Of a DNA stretch of 64,000 nucleotides, positions 1 to 12,498 are shown one piece after another. Both the position numbers and the translations under genes were made by a program. Origin of the DNA: Antechinus flavipes (Eukaryota); assembly GCF_016432865.1 (NCBI RefSeq), contig NC_067403.1, forward strand, positions 200,012,001 to 200,076,000, in the 5' to 3' direction. The number at the start of each line of letters is the position of its first letter. The stretch's first letter is position 1. A model generated the notes under the pieces. It was not told the origin of the DNA and did no database searches. It saw nothing but the letters and a program-made list of their open reading frames with translations.

Positions 1-80
1 ACCAGCATCCTCATGCAGACAAAGCCCCAGCTCTCCCGCCCCAGGGGTTTGAGAGGAATAAAGCTCAATAGCACACTTAC

Positions 81-1417
<1,337 letters not shown>

Positions 1418-1780
1418 GGCTCCCCGCCGGCCTGCTATCCTAGAGGCGGTGCCCCGAGAGCTGACCCGGCCAACGAGGACTGACCCGAGTTCAGATCGCG
1501 GGGCACCTCGGGAGCCGTAGTTCTCGAGCCCTAGTGGGCGGGGTCCTGCGATGCACGCCGGGATGTGTAGTCCTCAGTCAGCTTTCTACGTTCCGTGACC
1601 CACAGTCCTGTGCGGCGCGCCACGCGCAGGGCGTGTTGGGAGTTCTGGGCCCACCAGCCCGGAGGGCTGGCGCCCAAAGGCCCGGCCCTAGCTTTCCCAG
1701 GAGCCCGCGCGGTCGGCCAGGGATTAACATGGCGACGGGGTCTGGGCGGCCCTGAGACGGCGGCGGCGGCGGCGGTGGCG
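1418..1780. promoter_or_regulatory. Bidirectional CpG-island promoter shared by HTRA2 and AUP1
   Basis: Divergent ATGs are 363 bp apart in CpG-rich sequence. ZNF143/THAP11-type ACTACAnnTCCC motif on the minus strand at 1560-1573, GC box GGGCGGGG near 1536-1543, YY1-type AACATGGCG at 1726-1734. Confidence 0.85.
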
Positions 1781-4395
1781 ATGGAGCCTTCGCCGGCCCC
1801 GGGCCCGGAGCGGCTCTTTGATTCACACCGGTGAGAAGGCCGCCCCCGCCCCTTTCCCTAGCCTGCTTCCTCCCTGTCCCGAGCCCCTACCCCGGCCCCA
1901 GTCCCCTCCAGGTCCCCGGCCCGGCTCAGGCCCGCGGGCCTCTGACGGCCGCTGCCTTCCCTCCTCCCGTGCCCCGCGGGGCCCAGGCTCCCTAGTGACG
2001 GCTTCTTGCTGCTCGCCCTGTTCCTGTACGCGCCCGTCGGGCTCTGTCTCCTGGTGCTCCGCCTCTTCCTCGGGCTCCATGTGTTCCTCGTCAGCTGCGC
2101 GCTGCCCGACAGCGTTCTCCGAAGGTAGCGGCGCGGCGCGGCCCGGCTGTGGGGCAGGGTGGGGGTGGGGGGCAGGAGCAGGGGCGGCCCTCCCCGTGGC
2201 GGGGTCACCCAGTACATCCCGTATCTCCCAGGTTCGTGGTTCGGGCCATGTGTGCGGTGCTGGGGTTTGTGGTCAGACAGGAGGCTCCCCGGCTCCGGGA
2301 TCCTAGCGCCAGGGTCTTTATTTCCAATCACGTGACACCCTTTGACCACAACATGGTCAGCCTCCTCACCAGCTGTAGCACTGTGAGTGTCTCTCCGGGG
2401 TGGGGGGAGGGACCCGAACCCCAGTGGCCCGGCCCCGAGGGGTGCCCTCGTCCGCCCGCCAGTACCCTCTCCGCCACCGCGCTTCTTTCCTTTCCCCTTA
2501 CCCCTCACGTCTGGTGCCGCTCCCTTGTCCCCCCTCCCAGCCTCTCATCAACAGCCCCCCTGGCTTTGTGTGCTGGTCCCGGGGCTTTGTGGAGCTGGAC
2601 AGCGGCGGGGAACTGGTGGAGGCGCTGAAAAGGTTCTGTTCTTCACGGGGAAATCCGCCAGCTCCCTTGTTGTTGTTCCCGGAGGAGGCGGCCACCAACG
2701 GCAGGGAAGGGCTCTTACGCTTTAGGTGAGTGCGAGGGGAAGAGGGGGAAAGCCCCGAACCGGGGCCAGACCTGCGGAGTCGGGCAGTGTGACTTGTGCT
2801 GACCTGTGCTCTTTGCTCCCCTGTGCAGTTCTTGGCCATTTTCCATCCAGGACGTGGTTCAACCACTGGCCCTTCGGGTCCAGAGGCCCTTGGTCTCCGT
2901 GGTGAGTGGGGGCAGAGGTGGTTGGGGGCACAGGAGGCTCTCTAACTGGCGCCAGCTTCCTGATCAACCGTTTGTTTCTTCCCTTCAGACAGTGTCCGAT
3001 GCCTCCTGGGTCTCGGAGCTGCTCTGGTCGCTTTTCGTTCCTTTCACAGTGTATCAAGTAAGGTACTAACTCTTCCTACTTTTGGGGGGAGGGGAAGGTC
3101 ACCTCATAATTCATATACAATCTACTTACATCAGACTAAGGGGATGTAGCTTACGGCAAAGGCAAAAGCTGTCGGCTTCTATGAGATTCCCTTAACTCCA
3201 GTTTCAATTCTGTTTTGCAGATGGCTTCGTCCTGCCCATCGACAGCCGGGGGAAGAGAGTGAAGCATTTGCCCTCCGCGTCCAGCAGGTAATGGGCATTG
3301 GGGGAGTGAGGATGAGAGGCCTTCACAGAACTTAGGAGCATCTTCGGGATGGGCGACCCTCGGCCTCACCTTCCAATTGTTCCCAGTTAGTGGCCGGGGA
3401 GCTGGGCCAAAGAGGGACTCGACTCACACCTGCAGATAAGGCAGAACACATGAAGCGGCAGCGACACCCCAGACCTCTTCCCCAGTCAGGTAGGTCGTTT
3501 TCCTTTGGGTTGCTTCTGTCTACAGGTCATTCGCTCACCACGTCTCCTGTTACTTTCTTGCAGCTCGGCCTTCTCCCCCTTCTACGCCTGGCCTCTCCCC
3601 TGACCGGCAGCTGACAGTTCTTTCGCAAAGAGTCAAAGAGGTTTTACCCCATGTCCCAATTGGCGTCATCCAGAGAGACCTGGGTATGGGGAAGGGAACA
3701 GAGAATTCCAGAGAGACCTGAGTTATGGGATGGGGAAGAACTCCAGGGACTAGGAAAGATCACCTAAAGATTGAGGAAATGTGGAGTGGGGAAGAAACCT
3801 GAGAATAGGAAAGAGGAGCAAACCCCTATTCTCTCTTTCAGCCCGCACTGGCTGTGTAGACACAACTATCACTAATCTGCTGGAGGGAGCTGTAGCCTTT
3901 GTGCCTGAGGATATTGCTGAGGGGTCCCAAGCTCTTCCATCTTCTGGGCCCTATCCCACAACTTCTGTCTCCAAGGTGAGACCTAGGAAGTGGGGAGGGC
4001 AGGATTGGGAGGCTTAGGTTGGGGGAGAGGGCAGGAGGTACTTCCCAAGATGGATTTTTTGGTTCCACCCAGCATCTTGTGCAAGTTAGGTTTTTAATAA
4101 ATAACTCATTAACATCTCAACCTTGTGACACCCCAGTCCCCCAGCCCTGTGACCCCTCAGCCTGCAGCTCTATTTGCCAAGTCTTCCTGGGCCCGTCAGG
4201 AGAGCCTGCAGGAGAGGAAGCAGGCACTGTACGAATACGCCCGAAGGTGAGGTTGGAAGGAGCTGGGAGAACATGGGGGAGTAAGAGGAATGGAGGAAGA
4301 CCGCACATAGGCAGCACCTGCCCCACATTTCCCAACCTCCCTCCTCCCCATCCTGCAGGAGATACACAGAGAGACGGGCCCAGGAGACTGACTGA
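1781..4395 (+). CDS. AUP1: AUP1 lipid droplet regulating VLDL assembly factor (ancient ubiquitous protein 1), 413 aa
   Basis: 12 exons: 1781-1830, 1987-2124, 2232-2382, 2541-2725, 2829-2901, 2989-3062, 3221-3287, 3387-3489, 3564-3683, 3842-3975, 4137-4246, 4359-4395 (1242 nt, no stops). It encodes MEPSPAPGPERLFDSHR, a hydrophobic hairpin, the acyltransferase-like NHVTPFD and FPEE motifs, a CUE domain (VKEVLPHVPIGVIQRDL) and the G2BR segment (RQESLQERKQALYEYARRR). ATTAAA at 4515-4520. Confidence 0.97.
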
Positions 4396-4679
4396 GCCCA
4401 AAGGAGATGGAGCAAGCCAGGGCCGCAGGACGGAGGCCAGGGGGCAGGCCCCCCCACACCCAGGCCGGATGGGTGGGGCGTGTGAAGGGAGGGAATGGGG
4501 CTCCCCAACTTCCCATTAAATTCAGGGTTTTCACTCAAGACAGCCTCGTTTCCTGTCTTGGCTTCTGCACTCCTTAGGGGAGAGTCATACCCCTGTTCTT
4601 AGTTCTAGGGTGCTGGCTTTGTTGGGGATCTGGTGGGAGAGGGGGAGAGGGTCCTTGGAATGTGTCTCATTCAAAGGGG

Positions 4680-5000
4680 TGTTGAGTCAAGTCAAACTAC
4701 GAATTACAGGCTGTACAAAAGCCCTTGACACTAGGGGCCAAACTTGATTAACCTTACCACCAAGAGGGACCTGAAGTCCCCAGCATCAACTACAAATCCC
4801 AGGATACATTTCACCGATGGGGTCCGGCATGCAATGCGTTCCTTCTGTCTGCGCAGGCTTCGCACATGCTCACTACCGAGCGGCGGAGCCCTCGTTTCCA
4901 TGGGTTCCCGGTCCCCGGCGGGGGCGGGGAAGCGGCCACGCCCCCCACACCGGGCTCCTGGGTGGAGCCGGAATTTACCTTTGTACTGAACGTGGAGGGT
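4680..5000 (+). promoter_or_regulatory. Probable DQX1 promoter / non-coding first exon region
   Basis: CpG-rich, with AACTACAAATCCCAG (ZNF143/THAP11 SBS type) at 4788-4802, NRF1-like TGCGCAGGCTTCGCA, GC boxes GGGGCGGGG and ETS-like CCGGAA. The DQX1 ATG exon begins at an acceptor (TTCCTAG|GCTGCCATG, 5433), which implies an upstream non-coding exon. Confidence 0.6.
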
Positions 5001-5438
5001 GGGTGGGGTTGGGACGAGTGGCGTCCGTAGGGTGGGGCAGAATCTGCGTCCGAGAGTCGCCTACTCCAGCTGCTCGCGAAGGTTTGACCCCCACGAATCA
5101 GGCGGCCCGTTGGCCCTCCGGTCCTCCGGCCCTCGACCACCCTTCCCTCCCCGCCGCCAGCTGTCTGGCGGGAGCCCCGCCCCTAAGGCCCGGGGTCGCT
5201 GAAGCCCGAGCTTAGCAGGCTCCGCCTTCTCCCCCGGGTTGGAGCCCATCACCTGACTGCCAGGTTTGGAGCCTTCCTAATCGGGTATCCCGGTCCGTAC
5301 TCGAGGCGTTCTTCAGCGGGGTTGGGTCAGCCCGAAGGAGGGGGCGGGCTTCCTGGCGGTAGGGGGGAGGGGAGGAGTGTCCAAAGCGCCCTCCTCCTCT
5401 GATCCCGCCAGACTCTCACAGATCCTTCCTAGGCTGCC

Positions 5439-8400
5439 ATGGCCTCGGACGTTCCCGGGCCAACCGAAGAGTCGGGCCTTAGTCCCGATGGGTCGGATCT
5501 GGCCGTGAATCCCTACGACGGACTCCCCTTCTCTTCCCGATACTACACGCTGCTGGCCCAGCGTCGGGCCCTCCCGATCTGGGCTGCGCGCTTTAGCTTC
5601 CTCGAGCAGCTGGAGAGCAGCCCTAGTGGGGTAGTGCTTGTGTCGGGAGAGCCTGGCTCCGGCAAGAGCACCCAGGTGGGGACAGCTGCCTGGTGTCTGG
5701 GGGGCGGAGGGGACCGAGCCACGAAGGGTGTGCGGGAACCTGGCTGATCCGGCCCGAACAACTTCCAGCCTGACATTGGGCATGTGTGTCTTGATTCACC
5801 GACTAGATTCCTCAGTGGTGTGCCGAGTTTGCTCTGGCCAGGGGGTTCCAGCATGGCCGAGTGACTGTCTCACAGCCCCAGCCTCTGGCTGCCCTGAGCC
5901 TAGCTCTTCGAGTAGCTGATGAAATGGACCTAAGCTTGGGCCATGAAGTTGGCTACAGCATCCCTTTGGAGGACTGCACTGGACCAGACACCCTGCTCAG
6001 GTGGGGTGCTTCCCATCTCCCACGGGCAGCCCTCGTCCCTGTTCATTCAGCTTTTTTGTCACATCCCCAAACTTCTGATTTTCTTGGAAGAATTCAGCAG
6101 GACCTTAATTACTATAGGACCCATTCTGTTCCTATCTGCTTTTCTATACTACCTGGATTCTATTCTCTAGGAAACTTTTGTTCCTTCACCCAAGACCTTC
6201 CTCCAACTGTGTCATTTTCTTCCTATCTCTAACTTAATAGGTCTGTGTGTGCTCAGGACCAGAAAGAGTAAAGTCGCAAGGTCACAACTTCATGATCCTA
6301 TCATCCTGAGCTTGGAGCCAGGAATACCACTTCCTTGGACTAGTTTCTTAATCCCTGCTTTAGTTTCTCACATATAGGAAAATTTCACTGACTCTTCCCA
6401 TCTAGCTCTGTATCTATGACCAAGTCTTGACTCATAGAACACAAAGCCTGAGTCCTGGGTGGAAGCCATTGCCACACCTCTAGTGCAAGCCATGTTTCAA
6501 CCTGACACCTAGCCACTCCTTTCCTTCAATTTTTGTTGACAGGTTCTGCTGGGACAAACTGCTATTACAGGAAGCAGCCTCAGCCCGAGGTGCAGGAGCT
6601 TGGGGTGTTCTGGTACTGGATGAGGCCCAGGAGCGGTCAGTAGCCTCAGATGTGCTGCAGGGATTATTGCGGGATGCAGGGTTAGGGAACAGCCTCGAGG
6701 GCCCACGCTTAGTTGTCGTCACCGATCCAGCCTTTGAATCCAAGCTCTGTGCCTTTTGGGGTAACCCTCCTGTGGTTCGAGTCGCCCAGAGGCCAGAAGA
6801 AGGCCCTATTCCTGTGTACAGAGATCCTGCTCCCACAGATCTGGTGGGTGCTGCCTGCAAGGCTGTGCTGGAATTACATCAGGATGGAATTCCAGGAGAT
6901 GTGCTGATCTACCTACCCAGTGAAGAGGTAAGTGGGATCACAGGGGATGTGAGAAGGAAGTCTTAGAATCAGTACCTTCTCTTAATGAGAGCTTCTCACC
7001 TTTCCATAGAACATTTTGCAGTGCTGTGAGTGTCTTCGAAAGGAGGCAGAGAGGTTGGATCCCGAACTGACCCCATTTCAGGTGCTACCACTACATGCTG
7101 GACTTGGCCGGGCTGTACAGGCTGTGTATGAGGATGTGGAAGGAGGCCCTCGGAAGGTGGTGGTCACTCATTGGCTGGCTGATTCATCTTTTTCCCTCCT
7201 TCAATCCGCCACGTTATTGACTCAGGACTGGAGCTTAGAAATGTAAGAGTTTCTGCCTTTGAGGGTGGAAGTGGAAAGGCTGGCTGGGCTGGAAATAGTA
7301 GATCCTGATCTGTCTGGGCCCTGGGGGGGATAGGTTTATAATCCTCAGATCCGAGCTGAATCCCAAGTGATGAGGCCGATCAGCAAAAGCCAAGCAGAAG
7401 CCAGGAGGCTGAGAACCAAAGGCCCCCCACTAGGTAAGAAACTCATTTGTTCCAACTGATATCCAAGATGTCCATTCCAGAAGAGCAGAAAAAAAAAAAA
7501 TGACAAAGATACTCTCCCTCAGAATGCTTCCCTTTCTCCCTTCAGGATCCTGTCTCCGCCTGTATCCCAAATCTTTTTTGGAGTTAAGAGCTCCCTCAGT
7601 TCCTTCACCTCGGGTATGTGAGGAGAATCTAAGCCGACTAGTGCTACTGTTAAAGAGGCGACACATTGCAGAGCCAGGAGAGTGTCACTTTCTAGACCGG
7701 CCGGGTGAGACACTTACTAACCGTGAGCAAGTGAGATGCTGGGTTAAGCCCGTTTCTGACATACTCTCTGTCCTCCCCAGCCCCAGAGGCTCTAATGCAG
7801 GCGCTAGAAGACCTGGACTATCTGGCTGCCTTGGATGATGATGGTGACCTGTCAGACCTAGGAGTCATTCTTTCTGAACTGCCCCTGCCCCCCGAGTTAG
7901 CCAAAGCCCTCCTGGCTGCCTGTGAATTTGACTGTGTGGATGAGATGCTGACCCTAGCAGCCATGCTCACCAGTAAGAACACACTCCAGTTCAGTCTAGC
8001 TCAGACCTTCCGTCTTTACAGCTTAGCTCCGAGGAACATGATGATTCTGCCTGCTCCACCTCACTAATGCTCTTCTCTCTTCCCTCCTCCCCCACACACT
8101 CCAGCTGCCCCTGGCTTTGAGGGCCCCCCGAAGTGTGCAGAGGAGGCTGCCCGACGACGCGCACTGGAACACCCAGACGGTGACCACAGCACCCTGATTC
8201 AGGTGTATGAAGCCTTTATACAGAGTGAGTGAGTGAGTGCCCTTCTCCCTCTGTTATTTCTAGAAGTTCATCCAGGGTTTTCCCAGAGTATCTTGGAAAT
8301 GGAAAATAGTATGGGTAGAGCTGGTGGAGCTGGGGACTAGTGACAATACGTGGTAAGGGATGGAGGTTTAGGGAGGGCTGGGGGGCATCTGCAATGGCTA

Positions 8401-9343
8401 ATTCCCATTTCTCTTAGGTGGGGAGGATGAGAATTGGTGTCGGGCTCGGGGTCTGAGCTGGGCTGCACTGTGCCAGGCCCAGGCATTTCGGGGAGAGCTC
8501 CTGGAATTGATGCGCCGAATTGAACTTCCCCTGTCTCCACCAGCATTTGGCTCTGAACAGAATCGAAAAAATCTTCAGAGAGCACTGGTGTCGGGGTACT
8601 TCCTCAAGGTATGGTTGGGGGGGGGGGGGGCCTGAAGCTGAGAATGCTAGTGTTGGGAGGGCTGCCTCAGAGCAGATGAGGAAGGATCAGGAGGTGTGTG
8701 AGGTCTCACCAGAGCTAAGGCAAGAAGGCCATACTGCAAGGGGCCATAAAACCCTTTAGATTAGGTCCTTTGTCTCTCAACTCCTTATTGCCTTCTCTGA
8801 TTTTCAACTCTTCTCCTTCTCCTTGTACCCTTTGGTCTCCCTCATCCAGGTAGCTCGAGATACAGACGGAGCTGGCAATTACCTGCTCCTGACGCATAAG
8901 CATGTGGCTCACCTGTCCCCCTCCTGCTGCTACACAAATCGCCGACCCCCCGCCCAACCTCCTCCCTGGGTGCTTTACCACAACTTTTCCATCTCCCAAG
9001 ACAACTGCCTCTCTATTGTGTCTGAGATCGAGCCCCACATGTGAGTGCCCTCATGCCCCCTTTTCTCCCCTGGGAATTAAGAGTTTGTCTTTTGGGAAGG
9101 AGTGAGTGCCTTCAAGGAAGAATGGAATAGACAACCGCTGATGGGCAACAGCAGCCAAGCGCCTTTCTCTCTCCTAGGCTGGTGGAGCTGGCTCCCCCCT
9201 ACTTCCTGAGTAACCTGCCTCCCAGTGAGAGCCGAGACCTGCTGAATCAGCTGAGAGAAGAGATGAATGGAGTCTTCTCAGGGAATGAACCCCCCAGCCA
9301 GGACCTCAGCCTGGATGATAAAGATGCTTGTGCCCTGCAGTGA
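5439..9343 (+). CDS. DQX1: DEAQ-box RNA-dependent ATPase 1; about 722 aa if one apparent -1 frameshift in coding exon 4 is corrected
   Basis: 11 coding exons: 5439-5675, 5807-6000, 6543-6927, 7010-7242, 7334-7433, 7546-7704, 7781-7972, 8105-8224, 8418-8608, 8850-9040, 9178-9343. Walker [15 protein letters not shown] motif (VLDEAQER), HA2 region ([17 protein letters not shown]), C-terminus CALQ*. Exon 4 is 233 nt and shifts frame near 7193-7200. Confidence 0.93.
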
Positions 9344-9754
9344 TCTCTGTCTGAGGACCTGCCTTGAGAGGAGCCACAAATGGCAGCGTCACCTGCCTGT
9401 CCCAGGGCCTGGCCACAAATTGTAGGACCCAGGGGACAGGGTGTGGGTGTGCAAGGAATACAGGGTAAGGACACACAAGGGGTTTTAGCAGGGGAGGGAC
9501 CAGAATGACCAGGAGGGTGCCCTCCTTCCCTCCCCCACCACCCTCACCACAAAAGCTTTTGCTCTGCCTTGATTTTTCTGGATGACTTCTTAGAGGCATC
9601 ATGTACTGTGGACACAAGGAGTTCGTGATCCTGGGCTTGGGGGCAGGGTGGTGACAACTGGGTGTCCGAGTGAATGGAGGGACAGCCTGCAGTCAGCAAG
9701 ACCCAACTTCAAATCCAGCGGCACACACCACTTGGATGTCCTTGGAGGCAAATC

Positions 9755-9959
9755 NNNNNNNNNNNNNNNNNNNNNNNNNNNNNNNNNNNNNNNNNNNNNN
9801 NNNNNNNNNNNNNNNNNNNNNNNNNNNNNNNNNNNNNNNNNNNNNNNNNNNNNNNNNNNNNNNNNNNNNNNNNNNNNNNNNNNNNNNNNNNNNNNNNNNN
9901 NNNNNNNNNNNNNNNNNNNNNNNNNNNNNNNNNNNNNNNNNNNNNNNNNNNNNNNNNNN
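9755..9959. other. Assembly gap (205 N)
   Basis: Run of N in the sequence. It lies in the DQX1 3' UTR region, where no poly(A) signal is visible before the gap. Confidence 1.
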
Positions 9960-10689
9960 CTTCCTTATACTTTCAGCCCACCTTCCTCAGGATCTCCTGA
10001 GCTGGTGCCCAAAACTGATGGGATGATTTGCTCACAGCTATCTTTGGCCTTCCAGGAAAATCAGTGCATTACATTTTGACATAGGCTGCATTCAGCTACC
10101 CTTTTCTCCAAATTCTCCCCAGATTCTGCTTGGGGACATTGTAGTCTCCTCCCACACACAGTTTCCCTCTTTGAGCCATCCCAATTCCATACCACCTTCA
10201 CCAGCCAAGAGAAGGACGCTAACCTTTGCTTTAGGCACCTCACTATCACCATCCTCACAGGCTGAGAGCTGGAAGGATTTCAGAGACATGATGTCCTCTT
10301 CTGGACACCTTGGTCTACTTTCCCAAGTCCTCCAAAGACTCTTCTTAGTCTTTCCATCCCACTGGACTCATTCTTTCTTGCATTTTTAAATTGCCATTTG
10401 TATTTGAATTTGAATAGATCTAAAATTATCCCTAACTATTCTGTTTGCCTAGAACTCTTTACAAGACATTCATTTTTTCCCCCAAATACATTATTCCTCC
10501 CCCTTTATTGTTCTCCCAGCTGCACAACCATCGATTTATCTTTGATAAATCTATTGGCTCTTTCCTTTGCCCTCTTATTTTCAGTCTGGCAAGAAATCCT
10601 GTAAATTTGAATTTGGAAAAGTCCCACAGCTAGCCCTTCTCAAATCCACAAGCCTACTTCTTTTTTATCACTTTATGTCTCCCTACTTC

Positions 10690-10770
10690 TATCAAGTTTG
10701 ACATTGATAAAGCACTTAGCAAAGTGCATAGTAGGTGCTATATAAATGTTAGCTACTACTATTATTCTCT
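10690..10770 (+). mobile_element. MIR-family SINE 3' fragment
   Basis: AAAGCACTTAGCAAAGTGCATAGTAGGTGCTATATAAATGTTAGCTACTACTATT resembles the MIR/L2-derived 3' tail. Recognised by eye, boundaries approximate. Confidence 0.55.
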
Positions 10771-12498
10771 TCCCTTATTAATCCATCTTGCAGGTGCTGC
10801 AGGTTCCAAAAACTCCACTTCCTCAATATTCTGACTCTGAAATTCACAATGAATGACTTAACTTTTGTCTGGTTTCAAGTTTTCCTCAGTAATTTTTTCA
10901 GTGACATACATACCCCTTTATCTGATAAGACTTGACACTGGCACACCCCCTTGTTTTCCCATCCTTAATTACCGATGCGTCTTTGGGTACTCCGTCTCTG
11001 ACTCCACCCTCTTTATTGACCCTTTCCTCATACTACTTAGTGGGAACTCCCTATCCACATGCTTCTGAATAGTCAAGTCCTCCCCTACAATGACCCCCCC
11101 AAGAAAACCCCTAATTGGTCATTCCCCAACGGCACCCACTCAAACGCACTCCTCGTGATCACGTGCTCACACGCTAACGGTCACTAACACAGACACCCCC
11201 AAGTCCTAAGGGTCGCGTGCTCTCCACACTGAGCCCCCTCTCCTAACCGTCAGGGTCATGGTCACACGAGGCTCCCGCCCCACCCCCACAATCCCTCTGC
11301 CTGCAGAGATACCCGCTGCCTCCACTCCCTTAAAGTGCGCTTGGCACTGGAGCCATATGCGGTAGCGGATTCTCCAAAGCGCAGGCCGACTGACTTGGGC
11401 AACCCGCCCGCTTGTCCTAAACTTCGCCTCTCGCTGGCTGTCATTGGCTAATTTTTACCAGTCAGTCCCACCCCCTGATCTCATTGGTTTGTTACACTCG
11501 GCCCAGCTGGTCCAACTAGGTCCCTCCCGCTTCAGGTAGAAAAGGTGAAGGGCAGAAAAGGCGGCAGAGACCTCGTGCTGGGCTGGGCTGGGCTGGGCTG
11601 GGAGGCACAGACACTTAGAGAAGTCTGAATCCTTCTCCCGCAATCTTTTAGCAATGTGAGTCCTCGGAGGCACAATGGGAGAGAGCCGCAACTGGGGAGG
11701 GTAGGGAATCCGGAACAGGCAAGGAAGAAGATAGAGTAGAGAAGGAACCCTTCTCCTTTTAGGTCGCCGGGGCCTCCTTAAAGGAGCTGGGGAACGAATC
11801 TGCCTGAGTCCACAGAACTCGCTTTCGCTTCACGGGCTTTTTATTCCCCGAACTAATCAATTAGGCAAAGAGGAAAGGAGAAAGGGAGCACCTGGGGAAG
11901 GCATGTTCTGGCCCCGCTCCCCACTGTCCAGCCCCAAGTATCCATGGCCTGTGAACTTGACGTCCCCTCACCTCATATCGTAAGCTCAATGAAGGCAGGG
12001 AACTGGAGTCCTGCTTCGTCAGAACCTGGGACTTAGCAGCCTCTAAGAAGGAGGGGACAAGGGAAGAGGCGTCTGATCAGTGGTGGAGAGGGTTGTGGCC
12101 AGTGTGGAAGAGGAACAGGGGTGGGTATAGAAAAGTTGAGCACAGGGTCCTCTCCCAGCAGGAGTATCTAGCTAGGTCCTGTTGGGGGCGCAGTGTGTTG
12201 GTCCCTCCATGCATGGACAATTGGTGACCAAGGACCTTCTGGCTCTGTAAAAGTGGGTATAGGTGAAAGGCCAACTCTGCAAAGCGTCCAACCAGGTCCA
12301 GGTGAGAGTGGCAAATCAGCCCCCTTTGTGCAGGAGGGAGATGTCTGGTATGGAGACAAGACAAGGTATCCCGTCCAGGTGGGTATCTTGTGCAGAAGCC
12401 ACGTGTCCAGTCTGTGGAGAGGTTCTGGGGATGCAGTGTTTGGGCTAGTCCTGGAGGGGGTGGAATCGTACTTCCCAGGTTCAGAACCAGGGTCCCCC

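Noticed and set aside
8225-8240. Tandem GTGA repeats giving multiple donors after DQX1 exon 8
   Set aside because: The first GT is optimal and frame-correct; no evidence for use of the others.
8500-8520. Suspected second DQX1 frameshift in exon 9
   Set aside because: On recount the exon (8418-8608) is in frame: TTT CGG GGA GAG CTC.
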